Source: a virus
Length of the DNA: 39,106 nt
Strand: one strand, 5' to 3'
UHGV virus genome: UHGV-1488538
The position numbers were made by a program, and so were the translations under genes. Numbering within the stretch: the first letter of the stretch is position 1; every line of letters begins with the position of its first letter. The notes under the pieces were generated by a model. The model saw nothing but the letters and a program-made list of their open reading frames with translations. It was not told where the DNA came from and searched no databases. This document shows positions 34,027-39,106 of this stretch, in pieces.

Positions 34027-34128
34027 CCCGGGACGCCAATCCCGGCACTGGATTTTGCCAGTGCCCGATTACTATGGCACAAGAGGAGTGCGATGTAAAT
34101 TTACTGCAAAGGTAAATATAAGCACTCC
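34027..34128 (-). ncRNA. Candidate structured RNA / cis-regulatory leader upstream of antirepressor
   Basis: Three hairpins (34083-34128 AGGAGTGC...GCACTCCT; 34044-34065 GGCACTGG...CCAGTGCC; 34028-34045 CCGGG...CCCGG) then terminator; no ORF. Confidence 0.4.
34101..34115. promoter_or_regulatory. Operator-like TTACT-GCAAA-GGTAA inside leader hairpin
   Basis: 1 mismatch. Confidence 0.4.
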
Positions 34129-34146
34129 TATTGGTAATTTCAAATC

Positions 34147-34419
34147 TTATCTGGTTTGTTTTCGTAATTGTTCGGCACAATAGTCGAGATGTGTTTGCAG
34201 ATCCTGCATAGACATCTGTGAGCTGGTGACGTAGTTAATCAGTGCAGTCAGTTCGGCAAGTGGGCCATCGACATTAAATCCATCCTTATCGAGATCCCGG
34301 AGTAATTTCATCAAGTGCGATCCCTCCACCAGTGACCTGACGCCTCCCGGCGTGTGAATCCTTTCGGTAAATCCCTCTTCCAGTGGATAGTGATACTGCT
34401 GCATCTTAATCTTCTCCAT
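34147..34419 (-). CDS. Small protein homologous to antirepressor C-terminal domain; LexA-controlled (candidate SOS antirepressor)
   Basis: 90 aa; about 45% identity by eye to Ant residues ~170-241 (IH.P.GV..L.E.S.LM.LL..L..DG..V.G..AELT, D.QTH..Y); LexA box directly upstream. Confidence 0.7.
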   Translation of the reverse strand: MEKIKMQQYHYPLEEGFTERIHTPGGVRSLVEGSHLMKLLRDLDKDGFNVDGPLAELTALINYVTSSQMSMQDLQTHLDYCAEQLRKQTR

Positions 34420-34424
34420 GCAAT

Positions 34425-34444
34425 AACTGTATATTTATACAGTA
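34425..34444. promoter_or_regulatory. LexA (SOS) box AACTGTATATTTATACAGTA
   Basis: CTGT-N8-ACAG with AT-rich spacer, near-consensus; overlaps putative -10 of small ant-like gene. Confidence 0.8.
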
Positions 34445-34481
34445 GCAAATAATTTGTTTGCTATCCAGCACGTTTTGCAAA

Positions 34482-34496
34482 TTACCTGAAAGGTAA
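34482..34496. promoter_or_regulatory. Operator TTACC-TGAAA-GGTAA
   Basis: Perfect palindrome between LexA box and tailspike gene. Confidence 0.65.
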
Positions 34497-34600
34497 TATC
34501 TATTCATATTCACAGTCTTTCTATCCATATATGGTTTTTTGGGTAATAGAATAACCAGATATGCGGCGCAACGGGTGCTGCGACTATCTGGAGATTTAAC

Positions 34601-37063
34601 ATGACGGTCTCAACCGAAGTTGACCACAACGAATACACAGGTAACGGCGTTACGACATCATTTCCGTATACCTTCCGTATTTTCAAAAAATCCGACCTGG
34701 TTGTTCAGGTGTCTGACCTTAACGGTAACGTTACAAAACTAGTGCTGGATGCTGGTTATACGGTAACAGGGGCGGGAACTTATAGTGGCGGTGCAGTGGT
34801 TCTTCCGTCGCCGCTTGCTGCTGGCTGGCGAATCACGATAGAGCGTGTGCTTGATGTGGTGCAGGAGACTGATCTTCGCAATCAGGGAAAATTTTTCCCC
34901 GAAGTTCATGAGGATGCATTTGACTACCTGACGATGCTGATCCAGCGATGTTTTGGGTGGTTCAGACGTGCATTGATGAAACCATCTTTGCTTGCAAAAT
35001 ATTACGATGCAAAGCAAAACAGAATATCTAACCTTGCCGATCCATCACTTGAGCAGGACGCTGTAAATAATCGCTCAATGCGTAATTATGTCGATGCTGC
35101 AATCGCCGGAGTTATTGGTGGTTTTGGTTGGTTTATTCAGTATGGTTCTGGAGCGGTATACAGAACGTTCCAGGATAAGATGCGTGATGGTGTCAGCATT
35201 AAGGATTTTGGAGCTCAAAATGGAATCTTAAATGATAACAAGGATGCTTTTACAAAATCATTACATTCGTTTAGCAGTGTTTTTGTTCCGGAAGGGGTAT
35301 TCAATACATCTTTAGTTTCTCTTTCACGTTGTGGCTTGTACGGAACAGGTGGGGGAACGATAAAACAGTATGACAGAGATGGTAATCATCTGGTTTTTAA
35401 CATGCCCGATGGTGGCATGCTTAGTACGCTAACAATTATGGGAAATAAATCAGATGATAGTGTGCAGGGACACCAGGTGTCATTTTCAGGTGGCCATGAT
35501 GTATCGGTTAAAAATATCAGATTTACAAATACGCGAGGACCAGGATTTAGCTTGATCGCTTATCCGGATAATGGTATTCCGTCAGGTTACATTGTTAGAG
35601 ATATAAGAGGAGAGTATTTAGGGTTCGCAAATAATAAAAAAGCAGGTTGTGTGCTTTTTGATTCATCGCAAAATACGCTAATTGATGGTGTGATAGCCAG
35701 AAATTATCCTCAGTTTGGTGCAGTGGAACTTAAAACAGCAGCAAAATATAACATTGTCAGCAATGTTATTGGTGAAGAGTGTCAGCACGTTGTTTACAAT
35801 GGAACTGAGACGGAAACTGCCCCAACGAATAATATCATTAGCAGTGTAATGGCTAACAACCCAAAATACGCCGCAGTAGTTGTTGGCAAGGGGACTGGTA
35901 ACCTGATTTCGGATGTGCTGGTTGATTACTCTGAATCGGACGCAAAGCAGGCGCACGGCGTCACCGTTCAGGGAAATAATAATATTGCCAGTAATATTCT
36001 AATGACTGGGTGTGATGGGAAAAATGAATCAGGAGATCTGCAGGCATCTACAACCATTCGTTTCTTAGATGCTGCACGCAGTAATTATGCGTCAATATTC
36101 CCCATGTATAGTTCTTCCGGCGTGGTTACCTTCGAGGAAGGGTGTATCAGGAACTTTGTTGAAATTAAACATCCGGGTGACAGAAATAATATTCTGAGTT
36201 CTGCATCAGCGGTGACTGGTATTTCCAGTATAGACGGCACTACAAATAGCAATGTTGTTCACGTCCCTGCGCTTGGTCAGTACGTTGGGACTATGTCAGG
36301 GCGTTTTGAATGGTGGGTTAAATATTTTAACCTTGCTAACCAGACGCTTGTTTCTGCAGATAAATTCAGAATGCTTGCTGAAGGCGATGTATCTCTGGCT
36401 GTGGGAGGCGGTATAAGTTCGCAATTGAAATTATTCAATAGTGATAATACTAAAGGCACTATGTCGCTAATAAATGGAAATATTCGAATATCTACTGGAA
36501 ATTCAGAATATATACAGTTTTCTGATTCAGCCATGACACCATCGACAACGAATACTTATTCTCTTGGGTTGGCTGGTCGTGCATGGTCGGGGGGATTTAC
36601 CCAGTCAGCGTTTACGGTGCTGTCCGATGCGCGTTTCAAGACTGCTCCAGAGGTTATTGATGAGAAAATACTGGACGCATGGGAAAGAGTGGAATGGGTT
36701 TCATACCAGTACCTTGACAGGATCGAAGTGAAAGGTAAAGACGGAGCAAGATGGCACTTTGGTGCAGTTGCGCAGCATGTTATCAGTGTATTTCAGAATG
36801 AAGGCATAGATGTGTCACGACTGGCATTTATCTGTTATGACAAGTGGAATGAGACCCCGGCAGAATACAGGGATGTGACGGAAGAAGAGCATTCTGCAGG
36901 AGTTTACCCACTTATACAGACAAAGGTTCTGGTACGCGAAGCCGTCGAGGCTGGTGAATGTTACGGTATCCGTTATGAAGAGGCTCTGATTCTGGAATCT
37001 GCGATGATGAGACGCAGGGTTAAAAAGCTGGAAGAGCAAGTTTTGCAATTAACAGGGAATTGA
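34601..37063 (+). CDS. Tailspike with beta-helix depolymerase-like centre and C-terminal self-cleaving chaperone (S74-like) domain
   Basis: 820 aa; C-terminal LSDARFKTAPEVIDEKILDAWERVEWVSYQY... and coiled-coil tail match the intramolecular chaperone autoproteolysis domain. Confidence 0.8.
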   Translation: MTVSTEVDHNEYTGNGVTTSFPYTFRIFKKSDLVVQVSDLNGNVTKLVLDAGYTVTGAGTYSGGAVVLPSPLAAGWRITIERVLDVVQETDLRNQGKFFPEVHEDAFDYLTMLIQRCFGWFRRALMKPSLLAKYYDAKQNRISNLADPSLEQDAVNNRSMRNYVDAAIAGVIGGFGWFIQYGSGAVYRTFQDKMRDGVSIKDFGAQNGILNDNKDAFTKSLHSFSSVFVPEGVFNTSLVSLSRCGLYGTGGGTIKQYDRDGNHLVFNMPDGGMLSTLTIMGNKSDDSVQGHQVSFSGGHDVSVKNIRFTNTRGPGFSLIAYPDNGIPSGYIVRDIRGEYLGFANNKKAGCVLFDSSQNTLIDGVIARNYPQFGAVELKTAAKYNIVSNVIGEECQHVVYNGTETETAPTNNIISSVMANNPKYAAVVVGKGTGNLISDVLVDYSESDAKQAHGVTVQGNNNIASNILMTGCDGKNESGDLQASTTIRFLDAARSNYASIFPMYSSSGVVTFEEGCIRNFVEIKHPGDRNNILSSASAVTGISSIDGTTNSNVVHVPALGQYVGTMSGRFEWWVKYFNLANQTLVSADKFRMLAEGDVSLAVGGGISSQLKLFNSDNTKGTMSLINGNIRISTGNSEYIQFSDSAMTPSTTNTYSLGLAGRAWSGGFTQSAFTVLSDARFKTAPEVIDEKILDAWERVEWVSYQYLDRIEVKGKDGARWHFGAVAQHVISVFQNEGIDVSRLAFICYDKWNETPAEYRDVTEEEHSAGVYPLIQTKVLVREAVEAGECYGIRYEEALILESAMMRRRVKKLEEQVLQLTGN

Positions 37064-37135
37064 ACCGTAAATGGTGTGTTGTTGCGCGGTATACTTTTCC
37101 TGAAGCAGGGTGTTTGCAAATAAACGGGTTTCGTT

Positions 37136-37540
37136 ATGTCATTCCAACTAACCAATGAAACTTCAAATCAGTGGCTTAGTGTTAGTTCTCTTGCTGCGGT
37201 TATTGCAGGTGTCCCTCCGGAGGTTGCTTTGGGGGCTTTGGCTGGGGCGGTAATTTTTGTTACCTCTGCGGTAGAGTATCCTATTCGTCGTCGTGTACTC
37301 TTGTCGATGCTTAGCTTTCTCTGCGGCCTTCTTTTTTATAAACCAGCAGCATCAATTCTTATCGGCATAGCCAGCCTGATCCCTACCATCACGCAGGACT
37401 CTTTTGAAAAAGGGATTGTTTTCTCAGCTGGCGCATTCGTGTCAGCAATTGTTGCTGTGCGTATTGGTATATGGCTCTATCACCGTTCCGATAATCCACG
37501 CGAGTTAATTCCGGGGAGAAAAGACGATGGTAACGCATGA
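37136..37540 (+). CDS. Holin-like membrane protein (134 aa)
   Basis: Multiple hydrophobic segments; first gene of lysis cassette. Confidence 0.5.
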   Translation: MSFQLTNETSNQWLSVSSLAAVIAGVPPEVALGALAGAVIFVTSAVEYPIRRRVLLSMLSFLCGLLFYKPAASILIGIASLIPTITQDSFEKGIVFSAGAFVSAIVAVRIGIWLYHRSDNPRELIPGRKDDGNA

Positions 37541-37835
37541 GTTTTTTTTGCTTATCACCAATGCAGTTATTTGTACTGGCATAGCAATTCGCGTTGTCAC
37601 ATTCCGGCGTAACGGATCTCAACATCGAAGATGGGGAGGGTGGCTTGCTTATTTCCTTATTGTTGCTGCGGCAAGTATTCCTGTTCGTGTCGTCTATGCA
37701 ATCTGGTTACGCACGCCAATGGCTGTGGATTTATCTGAGGTCATTATCAACGCTGTCATGCTTGCCGCGGTTATTAAAACACGCGGTAACGTTGTTCATA
37801 TTTTCAAAATATCGAGGTCTAAACATGGAGATTAA
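37527..37835 (+). CDS. Holin/antiholin-like membrane protein (102 aa)
   Basis: Hydrophobic helices, directly upstream of endolysin. Confidence 0.5.
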   Translation: MVTHEFFLLITNAVICTGIAIRVVTFRRNGSQHRRWGGWLAYFLIVAAASIPVRVVYAIWLRTPMAVDLSEVIINAVMLAAVIKTRGNVVHIFKISRSKHGD

Positions 37836-38454
37836 ACAATTCCAGCGAGCTGCTGGTATTAGCGAGGCGCTGGCCGCACGCTGGTTCTCGCATATAACGT
37901 CTGCGATGAAAGAGTTTGGTATCAGCAAACCCGAAGATCAGGCAATGTTTATTGCTCAGGTCGGGCATGAGTCTGGTGGCTTCAACCGGTTGCAGGAAAA
38001 TTTCAACTACAGCGTCACCGGACTGGCTAACTTCGTTCGGGCTGGGCGTCTCACCCAGGGACAGGCTAACGCACTGGGCCGCCGTGCTGGTGAGCCACCA
38101 TTGCCACTCGAGCGCCAGCGCGCGATCGCAAATCTGGTGTACAGCAAACGCATGGGTAACAATGCCTCTGGTGATGGCTGGAATTACCGTGGTCGCGGAC
38201 TTATCCAGATTACCGGTTTGAATAACTATCGTGACTGTGGAAACGGTCTTAAGGTTGACCTGCTGGAGAGTCCTGAACTGCTGGCGCAGGACGAATACGC
38301 GGCTCGTAGCGCGGCGTGGTTCTTTGCCAGCAAAGGATGCATGAAGTATACCGGCGATATTGCACGTGTAACTCTGATTATCAATGGTGGCCGGAACGGC
38401 ATCGACGACCGGCGCGCGCGGTACGTCACTGCCAGTAAGGTGCTGGCTATATGA
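37825..38454 (+). CDS. Endolysin, glycoside hydrolase family 19 (chitinase-like lysozyme)
   Basis: FIAQVGHESGGF...YRGRGLIQITGLNNY motifs; start at ATG 37825 (track ORF begins 37594 in same frame). Confidence 0.85.
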   Translation: MEIKQFQRAAGISEALAARWFSHITSAMKEFGISKPEDQAMFIAQVGHESGGFNRLQENFNYSVTGLANFVRAGRLTQGQANALGRRAGEPPLPLERQRAIANLVYSKRMGNNASGDGWNYRGRGLIQITGLNNYRDCGNGLKVDLLESPELLAQDEYAARSAAWFFASKGCMKYTGDIARVTLIINGGRNGIDDRRARYVTASKVLAI

Positions 38455-38933
38455 TCTGGGCATTCGTAAAAGCATATTGGAAACAGATGCTTATTGTGTT
38501 GATGCTTGCTGCTCTGTTCATCGTCGGAGTGGTTTCCTGGAATATACACGGCAGTCGCCAGTACGATGCCGGGTATGCGCAGGCGGAAGAAGACCGCAAA
38601 GCCGAAGAAGACAAAGTTCGTCAGTACTACGAACAGGAGAAAGTGGCCAATGAACGTGAAGCTCAGCAGAGGATCGACCAGGCGCGCAATGATGCTCTTG
38701 ATGCTGCCGCTCGCGCTGGCCGGTTGCAGCAACAACTCTTTGCCATCCGTGAGCAGCTCAGGCAGTATAACGCCATTGTCGGCGCTGGGACGTCAGCCGC
38801 AGACACCGGAGTTTTGCTTGCCGACGTGCTCAGCAAATCTCTCGAGAGAAACAGACAACTGGCAGAGTATGCTGACCGGGCAGCCGAAGCCGGAAGAGTC
38901 TGCGAAAAACAGTACGACACACTGACCAGATAG
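38451..38933 (+). CDS. Rz: i-spanin (Rz-like)
   Basis: N-terminal TM helix, coiled-coil periplasmic domain; ATGA overlap with endolysin. Confidence 0.8.
   Translation: MIWAFVKAYWKQMLIVLMLAALFIVGVVSWNIHGSRQYDAGYAQAEEDRKAEEDKVRQYYEQEKVANEREAQQRIDQARNDALDAAARAGRLQQQLFAIREQLRQYNAIVGAGTSAADTGVLLADVLSKSLERNRQLAEYADRAAEAGRVCEKQYDTLTR
38689..38925 (+). CDS. Rz1: o-spanin (Rz1-like lipoprotein) embedded in +1 frame of Rz
   Basis: MMLLMLPLALAGCSNNS lipobox; Pro-rich; entirely within Rz gene. Confidence 0.75.
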   Translation: MMLLMLPLALAGCSNNSLPSVSSSGSITPLSALGRQPQTPEFCLPTCSANLSRETDNWQSMLTGQPKPEESAKNSTTH

Positions 38934-38961
38934 CATGGCATTTTTCATGGTACTGATTTCC

Positions 38962-38972
38962 GGTGACGGTAT
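38962..38972. promoter_or_regulatory. Putative integrase arm-type site GGTGACGGTAT (right arm)
   Basis: Identical 11-mer to 206-216. Confidence 0.4.
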
Positions 38973-39043
38973 ATAAAACGGTACGAGAAAAATTCATCTT
39001 TGGAAAAATGTTATCACTCAATTAGTTATGGTGTCCGTAAATA

Positions 39044-39060
39044 ATTGAGTGGGAATGATT
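39044..39060. repeat. attR core: 17-bp direct repeat ATTGAGTGGGAATGATT
   Basis: Exact copy of 66-82; followed by a host-type terminator hairpin 39086-39106. Confidence 0.8.
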
Positions 39061-39106
39061 TGACCCTGCACTATGAATGAACAAAACCCTCTGTTACTAC
39101 AGAGGG

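Noticed and set aside
1-39106. CRISPR arrays or IS/transposon elements
   Set aside because: No regularly spaced repeat-spacer arrays, no terminal inverted repeats flanking transposase-like ORFs; the only tandem repeats are the in-gene iterons.

Overview
The window is essentially one complete, integrated temperate-phage genome (about 39 kb) inserted at the 3' end of the host GMP synthase gene (guaA), bounded by an exact 17-bp direct repeat (66-82 and 39044-39060). All calls are from reading the sequence and ORF track by eye; no searches were run, and hand-derived motif coordinates may be off by 1-2 bp. Layout, left to right: integrase; a leftward early operon (lambda-type Ser/Thr phosphatase, adenine methyltransferase, AlpA-like excisionase, RecT/Bet annealing protein, RecE-like exonuclease); a divergent immunity switch (tandem-HTH repressor with no autocleavage domain, Cro-like gene); replication genes (O-like initiator with in-gene iterons, lambda P-like loader); a block of small accessory genes; terminase; an opposite-strand moron and tRNA-Arg(UCU); a T7-like virion module (portal, scaffold, capsid, tail tubular A/B, internal virion proteins); an AT-rich lipoprotein moron; a P22 immI-like antirepressor region; tailspike; and a lysis cassette (holin-like proteins, GH19 endolysin, Rz with embedded Rz1). 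The most interesting signals are (1) a 15-bp palindrome TTACC-N5-GGTAA present in about 10 perfect and 6 near-perfect copies, all intergenic, at the immunity region and in front of nearly every operon; (2) a perfect LexA box driving a small stand-alone antirepressor-domain protein; (3) a structured non-coding leader upstream of the antirepressor with a terminator and complementary 8/9-mers that could occlude its ribosome-binding site; and (4) a 12-bp palindrome GTGACATGTCAC present three times next to terminators at module boundaries.
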